A model generated the notes under the pieces. That model saw only the letters and a program-made list of their open reading frames with translations. It had not been told where the DNA came from and searched no databases. A stretch of DNA of 62,808 bases, filler included, from Choristocarpus tenellus KU-1152 (Eukaryota > Protista > Phaeophyceae): assembly GCA_964200185.2 (NCBI GenBank). It is 8 parts of 8 records of this genome, joined end to end, with 100 filler letters (N's around TTAATTAATTAA, not from the genome) between each part and the next. Parts side by side here need not be neighbours in the genome. Positions count along the whole stretch, not along the records: positions 5,724 to 20,437 come from CAXNAD020001130.1; positions 20,538 to 28,661 come from CAXNAD020005107.1; 6 more parts are not named here. One strand, written 5' to 3'. Position 1 is the first letter of the stretch; every line of letters starts with the position of its first letter. Shown piece by piece: positions 13,501 through 26,149 of this stretch. The position numbers were made by a program, and so were the translations under genes.

Positions 13501-16113
13501 TCAAACAGATTCAACTCTCTTCTGGCTACCATGGTACTCCTAGCATGTAGAACGAGACTGCAAAAAGATAGTTCCCTACTTGATACATAATCTGATACAT
13601 ATTCTGTTACAAATCACTGAGGGTTAAAGTGTAAGGGCTATTGGATATTGATGGGTTTCCTGAAGAGTAGTTTGAAGCCTAATGTACGGTAAGGTATGTA
13701 GTATCATATAGGGACAACATAGTTAACCACTTGCTATGAGACAAATCTACAGGAGTTTTCTAAAAAGTTGACAATCTTAAAAAACTAAAGTCAACTATGT
13801 CCTGTTGGAGGTATTCTCATGGACTGTGGGAATGGGGAATGCATGCTTCAGAGAGATCTGCAGCCTTAATGAAAACACCCTAAACTTTTTAAGAATTGCA
13901 ATCCATCAAAACACTAAAAACACTAATGGGTAGTCGGGACTGTAGCAAATATCTGTAACCTGTACCTAATATAGTACCATCACAATGAAAATCCTCTTGG
14001 CTCAGTGGCTAAGTAGGCTTATCTCTTCATGAAATTCGCGATGTCAAACCCCATCGATGCCACAATTAATTTAATAGGCTTCTCATTTTGATCACCCAAC
14101 GTTCAAGTGGTAATGGCTGCAGACTCTACACCTTTTGCACTAACTAGCCTATGCGTCGCTAATACTGTACTACAAAAGCATTACATCAAGAACGAGATGA
14201 GAGGGCAAGGCCCTATTTTGGAGCATTACATCAACATTACGTCAACATTACATCAACATTACATCAACATTACATCAACATTACGTCAACATTACATCAA
14301 CATTACATCAACATTACATCAACATTACGTCAACATTACATCAACATTACATCAACACCGAGGCGGGTTCAGCAGAAACTGTTTGGAGGAGGCAGAGTGA
14401 CGAGTGATAAGATGATCGTACCCAATGTGCAAGAAACAATTAAAATAACTGCATTAACATAGTACAATAAGTTGCAGTTTGAGAGACAGATAAAAGACGG
14501 TTAAAATAGGTAGTAGAACAAGAAGCATAGTGTGCAGTGTTGCCTCTGACCACGGGTAGGGACAATACCCAAATTAAAAAAGTGAAGAAATAATATAAAA
14601 TAACAATGATCATCACCACTCCAAGATATCGCACTTCTCTCCACCCCACCAGATAGATCTCATCACAATCTTGCCATTGCTGCTTCCAACCCTCAATCTC
14701 AGGGAGTCACCGCTCAACAACTCCAAACCACAATGCCAACACAAAACGTGCAGAGAGCATCCCCTCAATACAATACAATACAGTACAATACAATACAATA
14801 CAACAGAGTACAATACAATGCAGTACAATACAATACAATACAACAGAATACAATACAATACACCTCAGTGCACGACAGGACAACGCTGAAGAGTGTGTAG
14901 AGTGTGGAGGGGCAAGAGTTGAATCAAAACCCTTGTTAGCCACGACTAAAACCATGCTAGGAACACTAATATTAACATGGGAGACTACATCCTCTCTTTA
15001 TTGACAAGCACACTGCGTACATCCCGACTTGTAACCATTCTCTGACGACTGCTATGACCCACTACTACTAAGCTACTATGGAAGGCGTGTCCCATTCCAT
15101 CCATTGGCCTACCAAAAAATCATTTCACAAAGAGAAGAGGCGTGTGACCTTTTTTTTTCCAGAAATATACAATGACACCCAACAAGAACTGATACCCAAC
15201 CAGAGGGACATAGCAGACATGAATGTTGTTGGGCGATTAATAGATCTTCACAAAAGCAAGGTGCTGAACAAGCCGGGGGCAAGATAGCATCCTCTTTTTC
15301 CTCCCAACGTTTCAGGATGCCCACAGCATACAATGCCCCCACCTGAAAGAACACTTCCTGAGGGCTGATGTCAGGCTTAGGAAGGCCTGATGAATGCTCT
15401 TGATAGGGATTTCCCCAGTGGTTGCACCTACACCAACCCTACCGGCGCTGATCTCATCATCCAGACCCAGCATGTCATGCACCTGATACACATGCACCCA
15501 TGAGTACATTGAGAAGGGGACTAAGTTGTTCAGAACGGCATATGTTGCAGTAAAATATACACACACTCACTCCACTGCTGAGTCTTACTTACACCTCGGA
15601 CTCAAAACAAGGAAAAGGGAACAGTGAAAAAAGGGGAATTGTTGGGGCAAGGGGGGAAGGCATGGGGGCAGCAACAGGAAGAGGAAGAGGAGACACACTG
15701 CTAACTCACAATCTCATGCACAATTCCTGTTATCATTTCTTAACTCACACCATTCAGTACAAGCAGACCAGTCTACATGGTAACAGTATCTTACTTTTAT
15801 TCCGCTACACACTGTGCTCTGTGGTAAAACAGCACATCCTGGACAAAGAGCTGGCAACGGCTGGTAGAGGCATGGGAGGCAACCCCCAGGGCAAGAAATT
15901 GAAGTGAGGTATACCTGAGTAACGCCTTAGGAATACAGGATGCATTGAGGCGGGGGCAGGCTATCTACTCCCCCCAAAGCGGTCATCTTTGCCTTACAGG
16001 CATCGGAAAAATGTCTACCAACTGTCTGCATCACAATTTTATGACTATCCAAGTCCCTTTCAAAATGGCGAAACAGTAGTGAAAACCTGGTCAAAGACCC
16101 TCGCTCCCTCCCT

Positions 16114-16145
<32 letters not shown>

Positions 16146-19100
16146 CACACATACTCACACAGAATCAAACATATAATACAAAAAAAAGGAGTGCATCTTT
16201 TGTGCTAGTGACCAAGGCACCAATTGCCGCTGAATGAAGCACTTCTCAGAAAAACAAAATACCCATAAAAATAAAAGTAAAATTCTGTTCAGGACTAGGT
16301 GTAGGGTAAGGGATACTGCCGATTGATAAGAGTACATTAGGTCAGCACAGCCATCGCTACCTTCTAGAGCAAAGGGTGTTATGTTAGTGCAGGATGAACA
16401 GAACCTCAATGTGGGGGAGTCAAGACCAGCAAAAAGGGTATTATTATTGTTATTATTATTGTTGACAGGGGGTGTTGCTGTAGGTACCTGCTCCAACACT
16501 AGTAGAGAGGTTCCAAAAAATAGCTCTCCCCTCAGCTCGACGCAAACAATCTTCCCCTCATGCTCCTAAGTCATCAAGAGCTAGCAAGATTCAGCAAGAT
16601 TCAGCAAGAGCATACACACGCTATGATGAACATGAAAGTTAAATTATCTTAGAGGGTACGGGTCTTGCCCTGTTTGTCCATTTGGGGCTTGGCTTCCCAC
16701 GGGTTTTAAAGACATTTTACCTGCTCTGAAATGTTTTGGAGTAGGTAAAATGTATACGTTATGAAAAGGTGTGTCCGGAACAAGGACTTTGATACTCTCT
16801 AACAAACACAATAGCCAAAATTACATCAAAGTCACAACAATGGATTTTGGCCCCCAAATGGATGCGGCCCTACCCTATAAGATACTTTTGACTCTTAGTA
16901 CGATAGATGGGGCACAGACAAACTGTGAGATCCCACACATGTGGATGAAGTAACAACCAAGAAACAAACCTAACCTCACCAAGAGTTACAGCAATCGCCG
17001 TCGGTGTCAAGTAATAAGGAACAATCAAGACAAACAGTCACGTAACAGTCACATAACAGCCGCGTAGCAAAAAAAGAAGTACACTACAGTGTTGTACATT
17101 TGGGTTCATTCTACTCACACGAGATGGTTATCAGCTCTTGCCGGTTCATCCCTTACCCTTGTTGTCCCTCATCACAATGGTGGTTCAGAGTATCGATAGT
17201 CAATATCGATAGTCAATATCGATAGTCAATATCAATAGTCAATATCGATAGTCAATATCAATAGTCAATATCAATAGTCAATATCAATAGCTATCTTTTT
17301 ATTATCGATCTATCACATACTGTGTGTGGTTTGCTCATCTTTTTTATCTTTTTATTGTTTGTGCACCTGTGTGCCTAATTTTTTTTCAGTCTTTTCCATG
17401 CCAAGAAAAGGTCGAAACATATACTAACATGTATATTTGTCTTATACTACTAAAAAAATCGTCAGAAAATGTAGGCCCGGCACTCGCTCACTCACTCATT
17501 CAACCATCCATCCATCCATCCATCCATCTGACTGCGTGACACGGTGACAATTCCAAATGTCAGTGTAAATGTCAAGATGTAGTCTCTGCCATATCCAGGC
17601 GAGCAAAATAATAACCCTAAGATCAACACATTCACTAAACACACACAGCCCAACACACTTATAACCCTAAGATCAACACATTCACTAAACACACACAACC
17701 CAACACCTTGCCTCTGGTATAAAGCACCTATCATAGGCATGTCTTCAAGTTCCCTTGCATCCCCACTGCCCCCTTCACACTACCCCTCTCACATTAAGTA
17801 TATCGCGTAAATGAACCGGTCTCATAACCCTCGACCGCTTGTAGACCCTTCTAAGAACATTCCTGTTTGGTGTGGGGACATTCATTCCCGGACGGAGGTT
17901 GTTGAACCGGAGGTCAGGGACACAAATATCACCCACAAAGATGTACCTTTTTTTATGTCAAGCCAAACGAAATACACCAGAAAACAAAACAAAAAACTGT
18001 CAAACAGGAACCAAAGACAAGCAGACAAGTATTCACTCGACGTGCACGTAGCACACAATCAGAAGACAATCAGAAAATAATCAGAATATAATCAGAATAT
18101 AATCAGAAGACAATCAGAATATAATCAGAAGAAAATCAGAAGACAATCAGAAGAAATCAGAATATAATCAGAAGACCATCAGAATATAATCAGAAGACAA
18201 TCAGAAGACAATCAGACAAGGGGGATACAAGTGCAAAAGTAGAAAAGAGGGGGATACACCACCTGTGCACTAAATCACTCTTGTGTGCTTGTGAGGGAGG
18301 GAGGGACAAATGGGGGAACTAGACCTGGATGTCATGGTTCAATAAGATAACAACTAAAGAACAAAGTCGACACTAGCTTGCCCTGTTTAAAATCAGAAAT
18401 AAACCTTTACCTCTCTCTGGCCCAAAGTATCTGGGGGCGGGGGGGGGTCTAGACCAGGGTGTCCATTTGGGGCAGAACCAGGAAAAGTGTACTTTCATTA
18501 TCCACCTGACGTATGTAACCAAATCGTGTACTTTCATTATCCAAATCACATAGAAATTGTGACATGAAAAAATTGGCCCCAAATGGACAGCCGCCACCCC
18601 CCCCCCAGACACTTTGAGCCTCTCTCTCTCTTTCTCTCCAGTAGTAAGATGGCATAATTTATGTGTGGATGTGCTGGTAACATAATATGGTAACATAATA
18701 TGGTAACATAATGTGATAACATAATATGGTAACATAATATGGTAACATAATGTGCTTATGTGCTTGCCATGCATTTAATTTTGTTCTCCTCCTCTATCAT
18801 TCCGGAACTCCACCATTCCCCCAATCAAATCTTGAACAATCCAATAGGTGTGCCAAAGGGTTCCGCACTCTGGTAGAAAAAAAGGTTATTTTACTATTTT
18901 ATATTTTACTCCAATAGTAGAGAGGGGATAGGGTTAGGGGATATTTCCAATGGAGCTAAAATTGCAGACGCCTGCCTCTTGTCATGTGTGTGCAATGAAC
19001 AGTCATGTCGTCTGAACCACTAGCAACTGTAGTGACTAACTTCTATGTGAATAACTCTTTTCATAACAACCTCTACAATATTAGGGTAAGGGCCAGGATT

Positions 19101-19919
19101 GGAAAATACGTTGTTTTTCTTCATTTTAATAGCATACCTAGCACATAAAAATATTTATGTGAATATATATATATATATATTTTTTTACTTTTGAGATTTA
19201 CACTCAGTAACAAAGGCATGTCTCAAAGTTCTCAGTGGTACTTTATTATTATTATTTACAAAAATAAACGCAGTGGTTTGACAGTTGTCAGAGCACAGAA
19301 TAACCCTAACCCTAACCCGAACCCGAACCCTTCAAGATACCTGTGTTCAGAAGCGTAACTTGTGACAAAGTTCAAAACCGATAAACCTGTTCCCACCGAC
19401 AGACCAGCATTCAGACCCACAACCTGGATTGCCCCAAACTTGATCAGAAAGGAGGGAAACAACAAAAACAAAGATAAGGTAACAAGGACATGGGAGGGAG
19501 ATGACGGGGTAAAGAGAAGGAGATGACAAACACTGTAGATTGGTGACAAACACTGTAGATTGTGTTGTTGCTACTACTCACATGATGGCTGGGTCTACAG
19601 CATCTTATTGGCACCAGTTTTAAAGGACAAGCTCCACGTAAGATAAATCCTCTCACCATGGAGGCGTTGCATACCTTGTCATGGTCTCAGAAAGGAAAAA
19701 TAAATAAATAAATATATATATATGTCTTGTGAAGCAGTTCTGAAAATTATTATTATTCAGAAGTTACAATGATAATAGCAACAATAAAAATAATTAAAAT
19801 AATTATAGCAGTAGTGACAATGGTGTGTAATTCACTCACAGTTGTGATGAGGATGAGATACTCCCCACAAGGCAACTTCCTCCGAACATCCCAGAGCCAT
19901 TCCACACACAACTCCACCG
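6513..19919 (-). CDS. SulP/SLC26-family transporter with STAS and cyclic-nucleotide-binding domains (Vsb1/YGR125W-like architecture); 5' end missing, 12 exons
   Basis: Phase-consistent exons (minus): 19919-19840, 19438-19341, 17862-17793, 16565-16488, 15482-15343, 13202-12818, 12332-12220, 11748-11377, 10712-10622, 10191-9898, 7718-7591, 6603-6513 (TGA). Motifs: last TM segments VEWLWDVRRKLPCGEY / FGAIQVVGLNAGLSVG, RSRVMR, STAS VELRGELFFGTS...WIVLDCSMVTKIDASA...EALEWAETQLL, and cNMP VIYFIGDPAMAFYIVLDGQV...GAIFG. Upstream exons are cut off by the spacer at 20438. Confidence 0.88.
7143..7401 (+). mobile_element. MITE family A (~259 bp), intronic
   Basis: Terminal inverted repeats close to the consensus GAGTSAAAGTATCTTAGAGGGTA / TACCCTCTAAGATACTTTGACTC, with the interior shared among copies. 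Confidence 0.88.
7793..7983. mobile_element. MITE family B' (B-type TIR, different interior)
   Basis: GGGTCAAAGTATCTGGG...CCCAGATACTTTGACCC; flanks AAT/AAT. The interior is shared with 20538-20606 and 37335-37445. Confidence 0.85.
8512..8956 (+). mobile_element. MITE family A containing a nested family B copy (8674-8853)
   Basis: Family A TIRs flanked by ACA/ACA; the B insert is flanked by ACTT/ACTT. Confidence 0.9.
9448..9705 (+). mobile_element. MITE family A, intronic
   Basis: Both TIRs and the conserved interior are present. Confidence 0.88.
10816..11073 (+). mobile_element. MITE family A, intronic
   Basis: Both TIRs present; 4-bp TSD CGAT/CGAT. Confidence 0.9.
14224..14357. repeat. 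11-bp minisatellite (CATTACRTCAA)n
   Basis: Read directly; a (CAATA)n tract also lies at 14766-14860. Confidence 0.95.
16636..16894 (+). mobile_element. MITE family A, intronic
   Basis: Degenerate TIRs and conserved interior. Confidence 0.85.
17192..17290. repeat. 13-bp minisatellite (ATCRATAGTCAAT)n
   Basis: Read directly from the sequence. Confidence 0.95.
18056..18216. repeat. 11-bp minisatellite (AATCAGAAKAY)n
   Basis: Read directly; a 13-bp (GGTAACATAATAT)n array also lies at 18676-18752. Confidence 0.93.
18419..18620. mobile_element. MITE family B, intronic
   Basis: Both TIRs, a short internal duplication, and flanks TCT/TCT. Confidence 0.85.
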
Positions 19920-20797
19920 CTGGAAATAATAAATATAAAATATAAAATACAATCACACACACAGACGCACAAAGTGAACACAGTGGTGTTCCCACAAAGA
20001 AGAGTAGGTAGGTTAGTGCTGTGAGTATTGCCACTGCAGGGAGGAAGAATAGCATATATGTAATATTTATGTATGTTTGTATGTGTGTGTGTATGTATGC
20101 ATGCATGTATGTATTATGAATGTGTGTGTTTGCAAGTCTGTATGTGTATATGTATGTTTGTGTGCATGTATGTGTGTATGTATGTATGATGTATGTATAT
20201 ATGTATGAATGTGTATGTGTATATGTATTATGTTTGTCTGCATGGGTGTATGCATGTATGTACTCAAAGTCCTGCAATTCTCATGTATGAATCTTTCTGT
20301 GTGAAGATATTCATTTTTTGATTGAGGAGGTCCTGCTGATGAAAAAACACCAAAACCTCACACAGTTCAAAGAATCTGGAGGGGGGGGGGGGGGGGGGGT
20401 CCGCGCGGGTTTGCTTCCGTTTCTTTTTGTTTTCCCTNNNNNNNNNNNNNNNNNNNNNNNNNNNNNNNNNNNNNNNNNNNNTTAATTAATTAANNNNNNN
20501 NNNNNNNNNNNNNNNNNNNNNNNNNNNNNNNNNNNNNAGAGTTATTTGCCCGAAACGGCCCCCCCCTCACAAACCCCCCCCCCCCCCCCCCCAGATACTT
20601 TGACCCTGTAGCAAGTAAACCTATTTCTCAGTGAGGATATTGAACAAGCAAAATCGTCTTAGAGGCACTACTTCCAGTTTTTCTCTTGCCCTTCCCTATT
20701 CCTCTTTGGTGTTTTCTCTACAAGTTCCCCAGGCATTAGGTTCTTGGGTAAGGGAGGATCCTCCATGCACACCATGGGACCTGCAAACAGCAGCTTA

Positions 20798-21053
20798 GAG
20801 TAAAAGTGTCTTAGAGGGTAAGAGTTTTTCCCTGTTCGTCCATTTGGGGCTTGGCTTCCCACGGGTTTTTATGATATTTTCCTAATCGGAAATGTCTTGG
20901 AGTAGGTAATATGTATATGTCATGAAAGGTGTGTCCGGAACAAGGATATTGACGCTTCCGAACAAACACGATAGCGAAAATTACATCAAAATCACAACAT
21001 TGGACTCTGGTCCCCAAATGGACGCGGCTCTACCGTCTAAGATAGTTTGGCTC
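20798..21053 (+). mobile_element. MITE family A
   Basis: Both TIRs present; flanks TTA/TTA. Confidence 0.88.
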
Positions 21054-21797
21054 TTACGTACATATGAACATCCTTGTGGACAAGTGGTTCAGGAGGCAAT
21101 CCCCTGCATGAATTATGTGGGTTTGAACTTCAAACCCGTCACTGCCGGCCTTCTCTTGAACAAAATGTGGTTTTGATTATCCAATTCCAAATTGCAATCA
21201 GAACGGATATAGTTAAGAATCTGGACATCTGTAGAGCTCAAATGTCCTGTTGCTCATCCACAAGATCGGTGGACCAAGATCAACTGTTACAACACGCTCC
21301 AGAAGCTTACCTCCATAGGATATATAGCTCCAATCCAAATACCTATAAACGATGCTAGTGTTCGTACAAGCCTCCTAAGATACTCCAACAGTCAAGGGAG
21401 TCCAACGTACGTCTGGTTAGCTGAACAGGGGGGTACTTCTCTTAATTGATACCACGCTTGGTGTCAGCCACTGTTTTGTCTAATCCAAATTAAGAAGTGA
21501 GTCGTGTGGTTGATGAGGCACTCTTGTATTAGCATCATCCGCCGATTTATACAATCTACAAGTTTAAAGACATCTGCAAACTGTTATATACATACTCAAG
21601 ATACAAATCTTATTCTGCAACTTCTAGCAAATCGGCGTTCATTTCTGTAAGGTTCCCTACACGTTACAAATCTGACTCTGCATTTTAAGGCAAATCGGAG
21701 TTCCTTTTATAAGAATCCCTACGTGTGTATACTGCTTGTGCACGTTTGATCGCGGGAAGAAATACTCGTGCCATTCGCCTGTAACACGACGTGTTTA

Positions 21798-22062
21798 AAT
21801 CCAGCTCGGTCTACCACGAGAATTGAGAGAGGAGGTGGAGTGACGAGTCATGGGATTGCTGAACCCCAAGTGTGAGAAGGCAAGGCACGAACGAGGGCAG
21901 TACAACTAGTCGTAGTGCCACAGTTACCTACAACAAGCATTATCGTAATAGTAGTAGCTAGTATGATGAGAAGTAGTGCAGTCGTAGTAGTGCCTCTGAC
22001 CACTGGTGGGATAGTCTCCAGACTAATTTGAAGACGATTAGTATGAAATCAACATTGTAACA
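21798..22062 (-). mobile_element. Putative LTR with tRNA primer-binding site
   Basis: The minus strand starts TGTTACA and is followed by TGGTAGACCGAGCTGGATT, the complement of a tRNA-like 3' end ...ACCA. Similar sequence occurs at ~14380-14600 and 35345-35518. Confidence 0.5.
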
Positions 22063-23281
22063 CGTTGTGTAGCAATATTAATACTACTTACGACTATTAA
22101 GGATGAACTTTGCCTGTATTGTTTTGGTTGCGTAGACAGTTGTACTGCGCAATATTGGAAGATGTACCCGATTCGTTTGATTCTCTTTTAGTTTGGTTAA
22201 ATAAAATATTTTTGCATGTGTGCCTTCGAATGTCATTGGTACATCATTTTCTTCACCTGCATTTCTCTGTGTACAGCTTAAACAAACTTCAGGGTCTGGG
22301 ACTGCTGTCTGCACCTCCTCAACTCGAGCCCACATATTCTAATTGTAGAACTTCTACATCTAGCAAAAGAATGCACAACGATCACCTACAAACTCGTGAT
22401 GATGAAAATGAGGAGATCAAAGTTGGAATTGAAAAAGATTTCCTTCCTGTTGATGTGTTATGTTTTTATATTTAACGCCATTCCTCGATACAACTCCACT
22501 TGGTCTTTTCATGACCACCCACTGTACCACCACTCAAGGCCACATCCCACCAATGCACACACGACAGTGACAGGGAACAGGAGCTTCCTCGTGTCAAAGG
22601 AACAACCTGAAGAATAACTGAAACCTGCCCCCTCGACGCCATACATCATCACCATCATCACCATCACCACCATCATCAACGTACATATACAAACATATAC
22701 CCAATCGTCCCCAAGCAGAGACGAAAGAGTGAGAGAGGCAGAAAGGCAGAGGGGATTCGACAGAGAGACTAAAGGTTAGAAGCGACAAAAGCAAAAAGAG
22801 ATCCAATAATATCCTGTTCCGACTCTCGAAAACATGGAAACGATAGAGACAGAGGAAAGAAAAAACAAGACGACGCAAGAGGAACTGTAAGAGAACACAA
22901 TGTTCATACAGAAATACTACATATTTTCCTCTCGATCTGAGATTGACAGCTGGAGGAGAAGCTGAACAAGTTAACAATATATACAAACATACATGCAGCA
23001 GAGAGAAGAGTCAAGGGACAAGACTTATCATGGGTAATGCGGGATGGGATGAATTTTTAGTGCCTGAGCCCATTGTGTAGTAACATAGGGACAATACGGG
23101 TATAGAAGGAACTGTGATGGCTAGCATTAGGACACCTGGAAGAGGAGTCAAGGAAGGATTCTTCAGGGTATGGAGGCGGTTTACCTATCTGACATACCAT
23201 GGTAACACAGCACGGGGGTGGCTGTATTCAAGTGCTTGGGCTCTTTGTTCAGCATAGATACGTGAAAAAGCGACTGCGTGA

Positions 23282-23461
23282 GGTTCAAAGTATCTGGGGA
23301 GGGGGTAGAGGCTGTCGATTTGGGATCAATATTTTAATGTCGCGATTTTTGGGATGATCTGGTTGCATACGTCGAATGAATAATGTAAGTGCACTTTTCC
23401 TGGTTTTGGTCCAAATGGACACCTTGGTGTAGATCGCCCCCCCCCCCAGATACTTTAGGTC
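23282..23461. mobile_element. MITE family B
   Basis: Both TIRs present; flanks TGA/TGA. Confidence 0.87.
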
Positions 23462-25213
23462 TGAAATGTTACAATACCTAGGAGATGACTCCAACAAATT
23501 CGTTCTACACCCTTTGGACGAGAGTTAGGAAACCCGACCTAACATGGGAAAGAGGCAAGTTAGGGGTGATATTGATTGCTTCGGCTCTTTCTGTGTAACA
23601 AGCATTAGGGTATGGTTGTCTGCGTGTTCGTGTAAGAAAACACGGCGTGCATAGGGAAACCCGAAGGAGGAGTTCAACATGGATTATCTGTATCGGTCCT
23701 GAACCTGACTCGTCCTCCTCCTCCTTCGCCCCTCCACCGTTACTCTAGTATTCGTCCTCACCACTGTTCTTATGGCAAACCTTTTTTATCGTTTTGTTGT
23801 AGTTTTTGTTAGTGATAGTGGTGGTATGAGCAGTAGTGGTAGTGGTAGGAAAAGTAGCAGTAAACTGTCTCCTACTATGTTCCACAATTGTAGACATAAG
23901 AGAGAGAAGATATTTTGTTACCATACACCACATAGTAATAAACCAAGCAAATATTTCCCCAAGCTTAGGATTGTGCGGAAATGAGGAGGTATATATGGAC
24001 CACACAGCATAAAGGGTTGTGATAAAACTAATCGACAACAGGCATTGTCATCGCTAATTTTGAAACTTGAATTTAGTCAGGACTGACTACTTCTCCGCAG
24101 CTCAGGAATACAATAATGATGGAATAATTACTACCGTCGTCCCTGGCCCAGGGAAAGGAAGTCAGTGGCTGACTACTAAGAGTACCCCCTCGCATACCGC
24201 AACGTTTGCAGGTGACTTTAGTTTCAACAGAAGCTAATACTGGTTTGTTAGCAGTTAAGTTATATGAGATTTCGCTCAAGGGTTGCTATCCTTCTATAAT
24301 CAGGGACTCCATCTCTTGGCGTGGTAGCTACAGAAGTGCGGTTGTGTATCCCGATGGTGTGTTAGTCTTTTGGCAGATGGATTTGTAACCGTAACGGGGA
24401 TTGAACCCTCCACAGTAGCCGTTACTGTGTCTTTGTATATACCTTCTCTGAGGGGCAGTAAATAAGGTGTGGTTGTGTATCCTGGCGACTTGTCAGGTTT
24501 TGGTGGATAAGCAACAATGACCGATAGGGATCCAACACACAACTGCCCAACCGATAAAGGTAGTCTCCGGCTAGAGGGAATAGCTCCTGTTTGGAACTTT
24601 AGCAACCCCGGAAAGAGGCATCTCAAAGCACTAACATACTGACTACTTCCCAGTGATCTGGGGCTACTGAAGCACCAACAGTCGCTGAGTGAGGTAGGTA
24701 CCCGCCATCATAAAATGCCCAACAGAGCACATACTTACACAACACGGCGTCAGAATGGGTCTCAATTCAAAGAGCTTCCCCACCAGTGACAAAAAACACT
24801 ATCCATGAGAAAATTCCACTGTTGTTTCTCTCTCAGAGAATTGATTGACCAAAAACAATCTTGAGAAATTGTTAATGTGGATTTCTATGACCGACTCTGA
24901 ACTCAAAAGGAGATTCCATTTTAGTTGTTGATAAAGTCTTGCTTGATAAAGTCTTGCTTGATAAAGTCTTCAGACATATTTCTCCTTTCTATAAATAGGA
25001 CACAGTTGACTCAGATGCCTGTCTCAACTCCAAAACCTTGATGTTTTCACCCCCACCTTGCGACCTCCAGCTCAACTCTGCCTCAAGTGCACATCGATGC
25101 ACACCTGGATGGAATATATCCAGAATTAATCATGAATAAACCTGCACCATAAGGTAACAAGGAGAAGATGTATCGCTTTCCAGCATTTCGACACTGATTT
25201 TTATACATCATCA

Positions 25214-25475
25214 GAGTCAAAGTATCTTAGAGGGTAGACCTGTGTACATTTGGAGTCAAAATCCAATTTTGCGATTCTGATTTAATTTTGGCTATTGTGT
25301 TTGTTAATATCCTTGTTCCAGACCCACCGTTTTCATGAGCTTTACATTTTACCTATTCCGAAATATTTTGGAATAGGAATTTTGGAATAGGAAAATGTCA
25401 TAAAACCCCCAAGGGAAGTCAAGCCCCAAATGGACAAACAGGGGAAAAACTCGTACCCTCTGAGATAGTTTCTTC
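25214..25475 (-). mobile_element. MITE family A (reverse orientation)
   Basis: GAGTCAAAGTATCTTAGAGGGTA...TACCCTCTGAGATAG with the interior reversed. Confidence 0.85.
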
Positions 25476-26149
25476 ACAGAGGACATCACTAGACTTTCCA
25501 CATTGAAACTCACAAGTGCTTCAGCAGAGAAAATCTTATCTCGATCAACACATGACTACCAGTGGGTACTTCAGATCACAGCTTTATGCAATTCAAGATT
25601 TCAATACTCAGTTCAGGGCAAATAATCCACAGGAGGGACTATGTGTGGGAACCTTTACTCAGAATCGATGTCCCTGTCATGACTGGTGATGGGGTTGTGG
25701 ATCACCAGGAGCCAGCTTTGGATTTGGGTGCCTGGGTTTCATGTTCAAGAAAGTAGATTCAGGTCCGAGTGGGGGAGGTGTGGACAAATCATGGTAATAT
25801 CTTGGTGTGGATTATTTTCAGTCATAGATGTGGAGACAGAGGAGTCGTATGGACTGTCTGAGACCGGTACTAGTGACATGGATCCGAGGGTGTTGTCGCC
25901 CTATTGTTTTATGTCTTAGCATTCATTTCCTCTTTATTGCTTTTTAGAGAGATGGTAACCCATTAACAGTAGATAGGATTTGGGGTTCTCCCCCCCAGAC
26001 ACTTTGAGGCAGATTCTAGGACGATGGGAGAGGGAATGGAGTTGAAGGAGTACCTGCGGAACGGGGTGGTGAAGGAAGAAATGATGCATCGAAAACAGGT
26101 GGGCAAAGATCCAAGTACCTGGTCCATCAAATAGGTACAAGGATTTCAA

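Noticed and set aside
19753-20277. 174-aa His/Thr/Tyr-rich ORF
   Set aside because: It is mostly translation of a (TG/TA)n microsatellite; only 19840-19919 is a real exon.
23500-25000. Possible Gypsy gag/protease remnant with a PBS-like TGGTGGGGAAG at ~24772-24782 (minus)
   Set aside because: No diagnostic motif could be read, so it is too degenerate to call.
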